A stretch of 64,000 nt of DNA from the IMG/VR virus record IMGVR_UViG_3300002092_001784, positions 96,001 to 160,000 of that record. One strand, written 5' to 3'. This document shows, piece after piece, positions 28,552 to 40,205 of this stretch. A model generated the notes under the pieces. It was not told the DNA's origin and ran no database searches. It saw only the letters and a list, made by a program, of their open reading frames with translations. Position 1 is the first letter of the stretch; every line of letters begins with the position of its first letter. Origin of the DNA: a virus. Lineage: Duplodnaviria; Caudoviricetes. The position numbers and the translations under genes are program-made.

Positions 28552-28983
28552 ATGACATTAAATCAGGCTCTAAAGCGAAAGAACAAACTTGCATTAGAAA
28601 TTAAGAATTTATATGAAATTCTTAAAACTCAAAATTCTTTAGAAGAATCAGCTCCACGTAGATATTCAATTAAAACTACATTGGATACTATTAATCAAAA
28701 GATTTTAGAATTATCAAAACTGAAAGCAAAAATACATGGGGCAAATAAACCGATGTACGAACAGATTTTTTTAATTGCTGAACTAAAAGGTTTGGCAAAA
28801 CAACTCAAACAGATGCCAACCGATGAAGGTAAAGTATCGCAGAGGTTTGGCGGTAGTAGTGAATCAAAGACAGTTGAAATTGACATTGCATCGAAAAACG
28901 ATATTGTATCTTTTTTAGAAAACAGTATCGATGAATTGCAAGATACATTGGATAAATACAATGCAGTTACTACTATAAATTAA
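28552..28983 (+). CDS. DIP1984/septicolysin-like coiled-coil protein
   Basis: MTLNQAL..K...LK.KI..AN...ELQD.LD..NA pattern. Confidence 0.6.
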   Translation: MTLNQALKRKNKLALEIKNLYEILKTQNSLEESAPRRYSIKTTLDTINQKILELSKLKAKIHGANKPMYEQIFLIAELKGLAKQLKQMPTDEGKVSQRFGGSSESKTVEIDIASKNDIVSFLENSIDELQDTLDKYNAVTTIN

Positions 28984-28984
28984 T

Positions 28985-29201
28985 TTAGTGATTGGGAACG
29001 ATGATGATTGAGTTAAATAGATAATTCTACCCATGGCAGTTTGCCGGACTGTGATAATTGATAATGATAAAAATCTAGTAAAAATTCTATATTCAATTGG
29101 TCAATCTTTAGGCACATCAATTCTTAAAATTCATTGAAACTGTTATCTACTTTAGTTCTTTTGGATTCGTTCCCTACACTATTATTAATTTATATCACTA
29201 A
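28985..29201 (+). ncRNA. Long nested-stem RNA element immediately 3' of the DIP1984-like gene
   Basis: ttagtgat/atcactaa, gggaacga/tcgttccc, tagataa/ttatcta. Confidence 0.45.
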
Positions 29202-29245
29202 TACGGAGTTCATAATATTTATATAGGTATTAAACTTAACTTATT

Positions 29246-29740
29246 ATGAAAAACCGTATTAGTAATTTTATTCTAAATGTGGATGCTTTACATGTAGTTA
29301 TTGCAATAATAATAATAACTATATTAGATGTGTGGGTGTTTCCATTTACATGCATCGGTGATTACATTACCAATATTGCATCTGGATTAGCAGGTGGGAT
29401 TGCTGGAGCATATACATATCGACGTATTAAACAAAAATCATTAAAATAATAAAAAATAAAGGTTATGAAGTGTATTAAATCAGAAGTTGGGGTTATAGAT
29501 AGAGTTAATGACGCATTGGCAGAAACGAGAGTTAATACCGGTGAGTGGAGTTATGTAGCGAAATCCGAATGGAAATCATTACGAATTAATGTTGGTAAGA
29601 AAGTAAAAGAAAAGAATACAGTTGATTCGCCCGAATCTAATACTGTAAATACTCAAATAACAGATGCAGTAACTACACCTAAGAAAAAGAAAAAGGAAAG
29701 AGTAGCTGACGAGAAATCAAAATCAAAGAAAAAGAAGTAA
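29246..29740 (+). other. Small membrane protein (29246-29449) and lysine-rich protein (29465-29740)
   Basis: ORFs following the TATTTATA motif. Confidence 0.55.
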
Positions 29741-29743
29741 TTT

Positions 29744-30691
29744 ATGTTGGATGATGTAACGATAATACTTCAAGGTAGAATTGACGAAGAGTGCTTTAAC
29801 CTTTGGTTGGCTAATTATTCGGAGTACAATGTAGTAATATCGACATGGACAGACTGCTCTATTGATTTTTCAAAAATAGAATTGCCAAGCCATTGGAAAT
29901 TGGTAAAGACAACATATCCATATACTAGACTTACTACGGATTCCAATTTGGATTATCAAGTAATAACTACACTTAGTGCTTTATATGCAACTAATACCAA
30001 ATGGGTAATTAAGATGCGATTGGATGAATATTGGTCTAATATGGAAGTGGTATATCGAAAAATGATATTGGATGAAAAAAAGATAGTCTGTGGTTCTATG
30101 TTTTTTAGACCTATGATAAATCAATATCCATGGCACATATCCGATCATGTAATGGGCGGTACTGTTGATAATATGAAATTAATGTTTGAAAAAACATTAC
30201 ATAATCTGGAAATAAAACTATGGGATTATCCTATACCAGAATCCCATTTGGGATTGGCATATGTTATGGCAAAAGAACCGGATTTAGATAGTTTGCCAAA
30301 CATTTCATATTATCTAAAAAAAGTTGATATAACAAAATCCGATTCTGAAATCAAAACAACAGTAAATGCATCGGTAGCTATGGTGGTTGATACTGCTATT
30401 AAACTACTTACTGATGCAATTATGGATGGCGATATCCCAAATTGGAAAGAAATGCATCGTAAATTACTATATAGCAAAGAAGTATTGAATGAAAGTATCA
30501 AATGTGTTGAGACTAAATTTGTTGATCATATAGATTACGCTAAATATCTTCCAATTTGGTTTGATATTGTGGATGTTAATCAATTAAAACCATATATTGC
30601 CACTCAATCATATGATATATGGGGTGATGGGCCGGGTCGTATTTGGTATCGTGATAATTTCGATAATAAAGATTGCATAACTCACTTTTAA
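29744..30691 (+). CDS. WavE-like lipopolysaccharide/glycan synthesis protein
   Basis: TIILQG, VVISTW, N..YQ..TTL.AL, VIKMRLD. Confidence 0.6.
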   Translation: MLDDVTIILQGRIDEECFNLWLANYSEYNVVISTWTDCSIDFSKIELPSHWKLVKTTYPYTRLTTDSNLDYQVITTLSALYATNTKWVIKMRLDEYWSNMEVVYRKMILDEKKIVCGSMFFRPMINQYPWHISDHVMGGTVDNMKLMFEKTLHNLEIKLWDYPIPESHLGLAYVMAKEPDLDSLPNISYYLKKVDITKSDSEIKTTVNASVAMVVDTAIKLLTDAIMDGDIPNWKEMHRKLLYSKEVLNESIKCVETKFVDHIDYAKYLPIWFDIVDVNQLKPYIATQSYDIWGDGPGRIWYRDNFDNKDCITHF

Positions 30692-30750
30692 CTAAAAAAA
30701 TTTGGAAATACGAAATATTATTCGTATATTTACATTATTAAATTAATAAA

Positions 30751-31971
30751 ATGAATGAAGTAACATCTTGTCCGATAACGGGCGATACTGAACGGTTTAC
30801 ATATATCAATTTGGGTGATATGCCATTGGTTAACAATTTATGCGATACTATGGATGAATCGTTTAAGTGTGATACATATCCATTAGCGGTTCAATATTTT
30901 ACTAAAAGTAAACTATCCTGTCTTACTCACAATATCGATCCGGATTTGGTATTTTCGCAATATTCATATAAATCAGGAGTAATCAAGCCATATGCCGAAC
31001 ATTGTAGAGAAATGTTTGATTTTCTAAATGATTATGCTAAGTTACACATACCCGGAATTACGGTGTTAGATATTGGTGGAAATGATGGAACTTTATTGAA
31101 AGAATTTTTGGGATTAAATCCAAAGCTGGACGTTCTAAATGTTGATGCATCGGAAAATCTAACTGAAGTGAGTTTTGTAGAAAATCACATACCTACCTTA
31201 AACGCATATTGGGGGGTTGAAACCGCTAAGCAATTAAATCGCAAATTCAAATTAATAACATCAACCAATGTTTTTCAACATACGCCACCAATAAAAGATT
31301 ATGTTGAGGCAGTTGCTATGAGTTTAGATACCAATGGATTGTGGTGTTTAGAATTTCCGTATTGGAAGGAAAGTATGGAAACTAAACAATATGATCAGAT
31401 TTATCACGAACACGTTTATTATTATTTAGTAGAGCCACTCAAATTATTATTTGACCAATATGGTTTGGATATTATAAAGATTGTAAAACAGCCAATACAT
31501 GGTGGTAGTTTACGATTACTTATAGCTAAAAAAGAAGATAAATGGCCAATATGCGGTAGTGTTGATGATCATATTTATTTTGAACAATATCTTACATCTG
31601 ACTACTATAAGGGTTGGGGTACTGATGTTCAGCTTTATATGGATACTTGCTGGGAGTTTTTAGCAGAATTGAAAAGTGAGGGAAACAATATAGTTGGATT
31701 TGGTGCAGCAGCAAAAGGGTGTGTATTTCTTAACAGTGTTGGTATAGATAATCTTACATTGGATGTTGTTATTGATGATACCGATTTGAAGCAAGATAAA
31801 TACATTCCCGGTACTGGTATTCAAATTAAGAGTAGGGAATACTTAAAGAACCATAAAGTGGATTACATTTTAATCCTAGCTCACAATTTTAAGGATGCCA
31901 TTATGGAAAGTTTGAAAGATGAATACAATGGTAAATTCATTATAATGTTTCCCACAATACAAATACTTTAA
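30751..31971 (+). CDS. NDP-sugar C-methyltransferase (class I SAM)
   Basis: LGDMPLVN, YPL, VLDIGGNDG, IYHEH, HGGSLR, GFGAAAKG, KQ..YIPG. Confidence 0.85.
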   Translation: MNEVTSCPITGDTERFTYINLGDMPLVNNLCDTMDESFKCDTYPLAVQYFTKSKLSCLTHNIDPDLVFSQYSYKSGVIKPYAEHCREMFDFLNDYAKLHIPGITVLDIGGNDGTLLKEFLGLNPKLDVLNVDASENLTEVSFVENHIPTLNAYWGVETAKQLNRKFKLITSTNVFQHTPPIKDYVEAVAMSLDTNGLWCLEFPYWKESMETKQYDQIYHEHVYYYLVEPLKLLFDQYGLDIIKIVKQPIHGGSLRLLIAKKEDKWPICGSVDDHIYFEQYLTSDYYKGWGTDVQLYMDTCWEFLAELKSEGNNIVGFGAAAKGCVFLNSVGIDNLTLDVVIDDTDLKQDKYIPGTGIQIKSREYLKNHKVDYILILAHNFKDAIMESLKDEYNGKFIIMFPTIQIL

Positions 31972-32187
31972 TATAAATTAATATGTTACTACTAATCAAA
32001 CTGTATTTAACTGCTATTTTCACATGCGTATTGGCGTTTACATACCATACATACAAACTACAAAATACCGTTGGTGACCGTTTGGATTACGACAAACACC
32101 AATATTATAATAAACGTTCGATTGCATACGGTTCAATGGCTGTTGCACTGACTATTATTGGGTTGTTAATTATAATTTGGATTTAGT

Positions 32188-33099
32188 ATGAATGGTACAA
32201 TTGTAATTTTCATAATGCCGTCCGAAGTAGAAGATTTGGCATTGACTCTGTATAACTTAAAACGATCTTCGATATTTCGTAACACTGATAATATTAAATT
32301 GAAAGTTGATATTGGGGTATGTTTATCGGATGAAGTAACCGATTGGTCGGCATCAAAACTTTCACAAGACTATGTGAAAGGACGTGTGACTGAATTATGC
32401 TTAAAGTATCTAAATTGGTGTGAATATGATTTGTTTTTTGAGTATGGTGCTGAGGTGTTAGGGTGTGATACGTTTCGTAAACGAAGTTGGAAATCGAATA
32501 TAAATACTGATTTTTTCATATGGTTAGATTGTGATATGATATTCCCCGATTCAAGTTTACAGTGTATAGAAAATACATTTGAAACTATCAAATCAAACGG
32601 ATATGATGATATGATTATCACACCACAAATAATAAAACATTGGGATTCATCTTGGAATATTATATCAAATAGTCTATATGCTAATCATACATTTGATGAT
32701 AGGATGAAGTTAGATGTATATACAGAATGTATTTCACAAAATAGTAATTCTGGCTTCTATGTTACACAGTTGGATACTTTCAAATTCGCAGGTGGGTGGT
32801 TTACATTGATTTCCAAATCTCTTTTAGATAAAATAGGAATACCTGATTCATTTGGGCATTATGGTGCATTGGATACATTTATTCAAATATGTGCTAGTAT
32901 TATGAAACAAAATGGACATGCGGTATCGCAATATGTAATTATGGATTTGGTTGTGAGTGAGTTATACAATCGTAGATGTAATGAATTTATTTCAACGCAA
33001 TTTGTGAGTATTGGTGACAAGAATGAGTTCTCTAAGCCAACTAAAGATAATTTTACTATTGAGATACAAAACTTTAGGAAACGATGGTGTGATGAATAA
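32188..33099 (+). CDS. GT-A fold glycosyltransferase-like protein
   Basis: FFIWLDCD (DxD), GGWFTLIS..LLD.IG, GHYG.LD. Confidence 0.6.
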   Translation: MNGTIVIFIMPSEVEDLALTLYNLKRSSIFRNTDNIKLKVDIGVCLSDEVTDWSASKLSQDYVKGRVTELCLKYLNWCEYDLFFEYGAEVLGCDTFRKRSWKSNINTDFFIWLDCDMIFPDSSLQCIENTFETIKSNGYDDMIITPQIIKHWDSSWNIISNSLYANHTFDDRMKLDVYTECISQNSNSGFYVTQLDTFKFAGGWFTLISKSLLDKIGIPDSFGHYGALDTFIQICASIMKQNGHAVSQYVIMDLVVSELYNRRCNEFISTQFVSIGDKNEFSKPTKDNFTIEIQNFRKRWCDE

Positions 33100-33490
33100 A
33101 AAGAAAAAGCCAGATTTGGTTGTATGGAGTGAAGAGCGTGGATATTATCAGCAGAGCCTTCCATACGGTACAAATACAGGTGCACCTGCAATTAGTATAG
33201 AAAATGTCCAAGGTTGGAAACAAACACAGGCATTGGAGGTTAATAAACTATTCAGTACAAAATATGATGAACTGAAGTCACAGATGATTAATCTGCTTGA
33301 TGAAGTGAGATGGAATGAGTTAGTATACTCGTCTGTTTTTAATTTTACTCCATTGATAGGTGAAACTTATTATTTATATGAGAAAGATGATGGTACTACC
33401 TTTTTATCATTGATTTCGCCAAATGAATGGGCACAAAAGTTTATAGGAGCAACAAAGGTAGACTCAACTAAAAAATGGATAAAGTTATGA
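33092..33490 (+). CDS. DUF2452-like protein
   Basis: LPYG...AP.I; FTPLIGETYYLY; FLSLISPNEW. Confidence 0.65.
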   Translation: MNKKKKPDLVVWSEERGYYQQSLPYGTNTGAPAISIENVQGWKQTQALEVNKLFSTKYDELKSQMINLLDEVRWNELVYSSVFNFTPLIGETYYLYEKDDGTTFLSLISPNEWAQKFIGATKVDSTKKWIKL

Positions 33491-34718
33491 GAGAACAAAG
33501 TGTAAGACATTGGACGGCTGGATTTGATGATGGTTCGTTTTTACATGAGTGGCGTGGGTTTGCGCCATTTTGGCTAGGTTGCTTTTATGGTGAGAGTAAG
33601 TGTAATGGTGGTGAGGAAAAATATTCACATTGTTATGATTTCTGTTCTGGGATTGGTGATGTTGAGTGGTGGATAGCGGACGAGATTGCTAAATTATCAG
33701 TAGCAGAGCAAGAAGAGATGTATCAACTGATGGTACGAAACAAAGCAATTGATGATAAAATCACATACGATGCCATAAATATGATAGCAAGTGTGCTTGG
33801 GGTTGAGAAACATCATATATACCGATTAGGAAATCGCCACATCATTAAATTGGTAGAATGCAAAACAGAATCCATTGAAGATGAATACAAGAGGGCAATC
33901 AAAGGTGTAGGATTAAATACCGTAGCTACCGAGTATGACCCATTTTATAAGTTTATTTGCGAAAAATATACAGATTTGGAAGAACATGAATATACTAATA
34001 AATTTGTAATATCGTACATATCCGGCCACCGGGTAGTAGAAATAAAGGTAAGAGAACGAATCCACAAATTGGTAACAGAACATTTTTCGGAAGATGTTGT
34101 TGAAGTTAGTGAATTGTTGGAATTTATATGTAAAATAGCAGAATAAGATATGAACATTATTTACGATATTAACGATTTTTCTTGGAGCAGAGATGATAAT
34201 TCATTTTATGCAGATGCTGCTTTTTTAAGCCCAATCTATGGTGATTATCATTGTGCATTTCCAAATGGAAAGAAACAGTTCTACATTGAGAACTCTGGAA
34301 CGGGTCATTTCAGACGATTTACGTTCGTGTCCGAATTTGAACGAATCAATATGGGTGATGGAGATTTTGAACCACATTCACTTTGGGAATTTATAAGTGA
34401 AGATGGAATATTTTGCCGAATTGGTATAACAATATAATATTAAACTAAATGAAACGATTTCACGGAATGATGCCTCAAAATGAGGTTAAGATACATAAAA
34501 CTGTTAAAGTAGGTACACCACCTGTTACAGTTGTAATACAAGCTGGTGATAAGGGATGGACAATACTATATGCTGATCATTCTTCTGAATTTGAGGATGT
34601 TGAAGATAGTGCCGAAAACAATTACAATAAAGCATTCGATATTCTAAATCAACACGTTACTGATAACATAGAGTTGGATAAATTAAAAGAAAATACAAAA
34701 ATTGATGATCAAGAATAA
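33475..34718 (+). other. Three hypothetical CDSs (33475, 34150, 34449)
   Basis: Packed ORFs. Confidence 0.6.
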
Positions 34719-35157
34719 AACAATTGCTTTAATAGCACATGATGCTCGGAAAGCAGATATGGTAGAATGGGTAGACCATAACGCATCTACATTGATGAGA
34801 AATAAAATGGTATGTACTGGAACTACTGGAGCGTTGATAGAAACTGCACTAACAATACATGTGGGAGACGGTGATTATATTCCACCAATAATTAAAATGA
34901 AATCCGGTCCTATGGGTGGTGATGCACAAATTGCGGCTATGGTTGTTGAAGGTAAGGTTGATCTTTGTGTATTTCTAATTGATGATTTGACAGCAAACCC
35001 GCATGAAGCCGATATTCAGATGTTATTGAGGCAATGTAGGATACATAACATTCCTGTTGCATGTAACAGACATTCGGCAGACTTGATGATTACATCGGAT
35101 TTGTGGGGTACGAAATACAAACCAACAGAGCCAAGATATACTAAATTTAACAGATAA
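34702..35157 (+). CDS. mgsA: Methylglyoxal synthase
   Basis: IALIAHD..K, TGTTG, SGPMGGDAQI, PHEADI..LLR.C..HNIP.ACN. Confidence 0.92.
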   Translation: MMIKNKTIALIAHDARKADMVEWVDHNASTLMRNKMVCTGTTGALIETALTIHVGDGDYIPPIIKMKSGPMGGDAQIAAMVVEGKVDLCVFLIDDLTANPHEADIQMLLRQCRIHNIPVACNRHSADLMITSDLWGTKYKPTEPRYTKFNR

Positions 35158-35160
35158 AAT

Positions 35161-37543
35161 ATGAGCAGTAACACATTAACACACGCAGAGAAAGAAATCG
35201 AAATTCTTTTAAGAACATCAACCGATCCAGATGATAGACCGATTATCGAAGAGTTTATACCGGAAATATTGGCATTGGTTGATAAGTTTGGTAACTCCGG
35301 CCAATCTGGAGGTTCAGCACCGTACACTGCCAACGCAATAGCAAATGCGGTCAAAAAGTTATGTTTGCAGGAGACAATAGCTCCATTGACTGGAGAAGAT
35401 AGTGAATGGTATGAAGTGGGACGTTTTGGACCTGATGATAATATTATTCAAAACAATAGAGAATCTGCGGTATTCAAAGATGGTAAGAATGCTAGACCAC
35501 ATTATTTGGATGCCGTTATTTTCAAAGGTGAAGATGAATGGGATCAATTTACAGGTACAGTTGACGATATTTGTAGTAGGCAATATATTAAATCATTCCC
35601 ATTTACACCTAAACGATTTTATATCGATGTGGTAATAGAGCAACTGCCGGAAGATTGGACAGAAGAGCCATATTTTGAAGGCAAGGATTGGTATGATACT
35701 GCCGAGTTTGAGCAAACCGGAGTAAAGAATTGGCATAAAGGTAAGTATCGGTATCACATTAAAGACCGTAGTCAATTGGACGAAGTATTTGAATATTACG
35801 ATAAATTTGAACGGCAATGAAAGGAGTTACAGCATTATTTATAGTACTTTGGTGTGCTATTACATTTATACCAATGATATTCTTATTGTTGGATTTGGCT
35901 GTTAGTGGCAGAAACAGTTTACTGAACAATCTTATTGATGAAATTAATCGTTTTAATTAAATCCGTATGGAAAAAACTACTATTATGCTCAACGCTAAAT
36001 TGCTATTATGTAAAATGGTAGGTTATGCCATTACCATTTAACACACGGTATGAAGCTGGGTATTACTATTCGAAGTTGGATAGTAATACTGATTATATTC
36101 GTATAACAGATATTCACGATTACTTTGAAGCAAGACGATTGAATAAATTATATGAATATGATGGGTACTCTATGAATAAAATTGATGAAACCTCTATTGG
36201 AATTAAATCTTATATAAAATGCTGACAATCGAAAATATTGAAAAGTTTGTATATAGTATCAATGATATTACTATACGATACGAAGGATCGGAGTATGAAC
36301 TACCTAACAATGGTTTAGTTGCTAACGCATATTATGAGTTCAAAGTAATAGAGCCTATTAATAGTAAACTTGTAAACGGAAATCATTCAGCAGTAAAAGG
36401 ACACATAAAATTACACCGCATTGCTGATCACAAATACAAAGTAGAATGGCTACCAACTTTTGGTAATAATGTGGTACGTTGGATAACACCACAACAGCTA
36501 AAAACACCGGAATCATTTAGAAACTGGATAAGTGAAATAAATTTAACATCAAATAAACAAAGATTATGAGTAGAAGTAACGAATTTAATGAACAAAACGT
36601 TGTGGGAAACTTGCCACAAGATGACCGAATTGTTGGCCAAGATTTCCGACCAGAGACTGTTGTAAATGAACGCCCTAAAATTAGAAGAATTGAAATCAAC
36701 GAACTGGATCATGGGTATACCGTCCAAGTAGGATGCCAACATTTTGCGATTGAAAACGGAAATCGATTGCTGGCACTATTATCTGAATACATTGGAAATC
36801 CAAAGAACACTGAAAAATTATATTTCGATGGTACTTTATTTTCAGACAGACCAAATTATAAATAAACAAAGATCATGAAAACAGTAGAAATTAGTGAAGA
36901 TACTCTAAGAGGTGTATTTTTAATCTTATGTGACATGCCAACCGATCACAGTACGGATGAAGTTTATCAGGCAGCAATACCAATTATGAATAAAGCACAT
37001 CAAGATATTATAGATATGGGTAATGCCCGTAGATATGATAGTAGGGGTGCAGATTTATAATCAAACAAATCAAATCCGAACTCGGACATACTAGATAAAA
37101 AAAATAAAGCTAATACCATGACTACTAGTAATAAGGCAATAGAGACGACTATAAACATAAATGCAATAGCAAAGATAACACTATATCCAACTAGACCCTA
37201 TATAGAGAATCTTACATATAGGCCAGAAGGAAGGTATGAAGTACCTGATACGTTATTTAATGCATTCAGAAGGTTACTACATCTAGAACCTAAGACCGAA
37301 TACCTAACGGAAGGGTGGATTACGCCAGATGGGATGGAATGGAATCCGGATGAATACCATCCAGTATATCGTCTGGATACCGAAACACGTACAGTGTGGA
37401 AGCAGGCAGTGGTTACGGTAGAATTTAAGAATCATAAGCGGTGGGTGGAAAAGGTGTTCCATACCGATGCCGAAGCCAGAGAGTTTGTCCAACACCTTAC
37501 TATGTTTAGTGATAGTAAGTTCATTACCTTTATAAACGAATGA
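35161..37543 (+). other. Hypothetical CDSs (35161-35820, 36025, 36219, 36566, 36875, 37118)
   Basis: Packed + strand ORFs. Confidence 0.6.
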
Positions 37544-37855
37544 GATTTAAGAAAGCAATAAGAACCTAAGAACGGAAGTGGGGTGCGAATACGTTATACC
37601 GATAATAGCCGGTAATTCAACGGCTTATGGGGCAGCAATCGTATCCTACGGACGTGGGTAGTGTGTATGGAGACAGGGACAGGAAGTTTTCGGTAGGACT
37701 AGGTATCATATGACACAACGTGACACTTTGTTACACCAAATGATTGAGAGGGGTTATGATGATAGGCAAATATAACGGCCCATATCCCTTATACCAAGCT
37801 GGAGTAAATATATATACCAATTATATTTTTTCCATATACGCGAAGTTTTTCTAGC

Positions 37856-37912
37856 TTATTAGAACTTTATTAGAACTTTATTAGAACTTTTTTTAGAATA
37901 TTTATTAGAAAT
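37856..37912 (+). repeat. Tandem 11-bp repeat ttattagaact (3 exact plus 2 degenerate copies)
   Basis: Read directly. Confidence 0.85.
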
Positions 37913-37935
37913 TATAACAATTAAATGATAGGATT

Positions 37936-38175
37936 ATGGATAGGAAATTAATTAGATTAGCCGTAGAAGATATAAATCTAACGGAAGTTGAGAATAGTGT
38001 GCTAGTACAAACGGCTGGCGATACTGATTTTATTTTTGATGCTGAAGTATTCGATGTACTGATTGAACGGTATTTAGAACTGATGGGCTTGGGGATTGAT
38101 ACGAATCATTTTTGCGATTGCGAAGATGGTGAATGTGAAGGATGTGGCGATGATGTAGAGAAGGAAGTGTGGTAA
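37936..38175 (+). CDS. Acidic hypothetical protein with C-terminal Cys cluster
   Basis: FCDCEDGECEGC. Confidence 0.55.
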   Translation: MDRKLIRLAVEDINLTEVENSVLVQTAGDTDFIFDAEVFDVLIERYLELMGLGIDTNHFCDCEDGECEGCGDDVEKEVW

Positions 38176-38298
38176 AATAACAATTCGTAAGCGTAAGCAT
38201 ATCAATTACTTACAAAATGTTACACATGTCAACGTGTCGACAGAACACTTTGTTACAAAGCCATTGAATTGGCTATCATTATGTAAATAATTAGTATA

Positions 38299-39274
38299 GT
38301 TTAACATAATTTAATATAATATCAATTAAAAATAAAAGTTTATGATATTTATTATATATTATGTTAAACTATTTAATTATGGATTGGAAACGCGTATATT
38401 TAGAAATTATAGATAGAGCTCGGACTAGAGTTATACAAAAAGGAATATATAGGGAAACGCATCATATTGTTCCTATATGCATGGGTGGAGAAAACACAAA
38501 AGAAAATAAAGTAGAGTTAACATACAGAGAACACTTTATTTGCCACCGAATATTACATATTATTTTTCCAAAGAATAAAGAATTAGCATCGGCATTTCAT
38601 ATCAGTGCCTATGGGACAAACGCAAGAAAAACTCGTAAGAGTGGAGTGTTGTGGTGTCCTTCTTCACGTGCGCTTGAAGCTGCTCGTATAGCTAAAATCC
38701 ACGCTCGTACTGGTACGCATCATAGTGAAGAAACTAAAGCCAAAATGGCTGAAACTCACCGATTGAGAAAGGAAATGGGTACACCTCGAAAACCCAGCCC
38801 ACCACTTACTGAAGAAACTAAAGAGAAAATGCGGCAGGCCAAATTAGGAAAGAGCCGTGCACCGTTTACCGAAGAGCATAAAGCCAAATTGAGAGAAGCA
38901 CGGGCTAATAGAAAATCCAAGTAAATATTCCATTAGTGTGTTATGTTAAACCGTTTTTGTAACTGATTGATTATCAGCACGTTGATAAATCAATACTATT
39001 TAACCTAATATAAGTTATAAGACACGGATTTAACATAATAATATCCGCACTGATACTCAATGAGTTAGAAGCCTTCTGCATGTGAATATACCGTAATCGT
39101 TTGTAAATGAATGGGTTAGCCCGCTTACGAATTGTTACGGTATTGTGCGTCAATCGGTTACGAAAGCCGGTATGAATAATACCTAACAGTATATAAATTA
39201 TGTTAAGTGAAGCAGATACCGACAATCGTATTATGTTAAACTGAAAGCCAATCAATAAAAATATTATGTTAATG
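38299..39274. repeat. Cluster of seven TTATGTTAA(A) motifs (XerD-half-site-like), both orientations
   Basis: 38299(-), 38359(+), 38941(+), about 39028(-), 39198(+), 39231(+), 39264(+). Confidence 0.7.
38379..38924 (+). mobile_element. HNH homing endonuclease with NUMOD3 repeats
   Basis: ETHHIVP.C.GG.N...N.V.LT.REHF.CH; HSEETKAKM, TEETKEKM, TEEHKAKL. Confidence 0.85.
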
Positions 39275-39303
39275 GGGATATACATGCCGGTCGGACAAAA
39301 GAT

Positions 39304-39369
39304 TTAACATTGGCTTAACATTATTTAACAGTTATTATTTGGAATGTCCGCATAAATGTAGTATATTTG
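39304..39369 (+). promoter_or_regulatory. Class P promoter with three TTAACA boxes, heading paralog block 1
   Basis: ttaaca at 39304, 39315, 39325; tatatttg. Confidence 0.75.
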
Positions 39370-39412
39370 AAATATCAGTTTGAGAGTTATTATTCATTAA
39401 AAAACAAAGACG

Positions 39413-39700
39413 ATGACAGCAAATGAGATGATGGAGTTACAGAGTGAGTTAAAGGCATGGTCCGAAAGAGAACGTTCGGTAGAAGAAATCGCAAGGATGG
39501 AAGCGGAGAGTGAAGAGTTCAGAATCATGCTGACCGAAGCGTTATCCCAGCCACCACTAACTCCGGATGCAGAGTTGGACTTGGCGATAGAGAGTTGGGG
39601 CTTATATTCACCCGAAGATTACGAATACTTTTATGTATTGGCAAAGAAGTTGGGCAGATATAATGAGGTAAGAAACCTCAGTTCGGCCTTATTTGAATAA
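39413..39700 (+). CDS. Acidic hypothetical protein
   Basis: ORF after promoter. Confidence 0.6.
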   Translation: MTANEMMELQSELKAWSERERSVEEIARMEAESEEFRIMLTEALSQPPLTPDAELDLAIESWGLYSPEDYEYFYVLAKKLGRYNEVRNLSSALFE

Positions 39701-39722
39701 GAAACGTTAAGAGAGATGAGTT

Positions 39723-39941
39723 ATGACATATACTGACAGATATGCGTTTTTAGTTAAATTCCTTAAAGATAACGATGCTCATACTAAATGGCAACACAAT
39801 CGTAACGTTAAGGATATTTTGGAAATAATAACAGATGAACCACAACATGCTTTCACAGCCGCCTTTAAGTGGTGGGATACTCCAGAAGGACATGATTATT
39901 GGGAAGCACTGTATTGGAAATGGATGGGTAATTTTAAGTAA
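39723..39941 (+). CDS. WxxTxEG-family paralog 1 (subfamily A)
   Basis: AFKWWDTPEGHDYW. Confidence 0.85.
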   Translation: MTYTDRYAFLVKFLKDNDAHTKWQHNRNVKDILEIITDEPQHAFTAAFKWWDTPEGHDYWEALYWKWMGNFK

Positions 39942-39944
39942 GAT

Positions 39945-40205
39945 ATGACGATAGACGAACGACAATTTATGTTTGAACAATTTCTTCAGAGTAAGGATTG
40001 TTATAATGTATTCATACAGAACTGTAAGAAGTATAAGCAGTCGTATGATAACGATATGAAATCATTGGTAATGTCAAGCTTACCATTCAGTTGTATTGAC
40101 CATGCTTTCACATGGAAAGCTACCGATGAAGGACATGATTATTGGAATGATTTGGCAAGAGAATGGTCAGAAAAATTTAAGGTATATGACAATAGAACAA
40201 CGTAA
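39945..40205 (+). CDS. WxxTxEG-family paralog 2 (subfamily B)
   Basis: AFTWKATDEGHDYW. Confidence 0.85.
   Translation: MTIDERQFMFEQFLQSKDCYNVFIQNCKKYKQSYDNDMKSLVMSSLPFSCIDHAFTWKATDEGHDYWNDLAREWSEKFKVYDNRTT

Noticed and set aside
38299-39274. Complete dif/pdif sites
   Set aside because: XerD-like arms are present, but no XerC-like arm ending ATAA at 6-bp spacing
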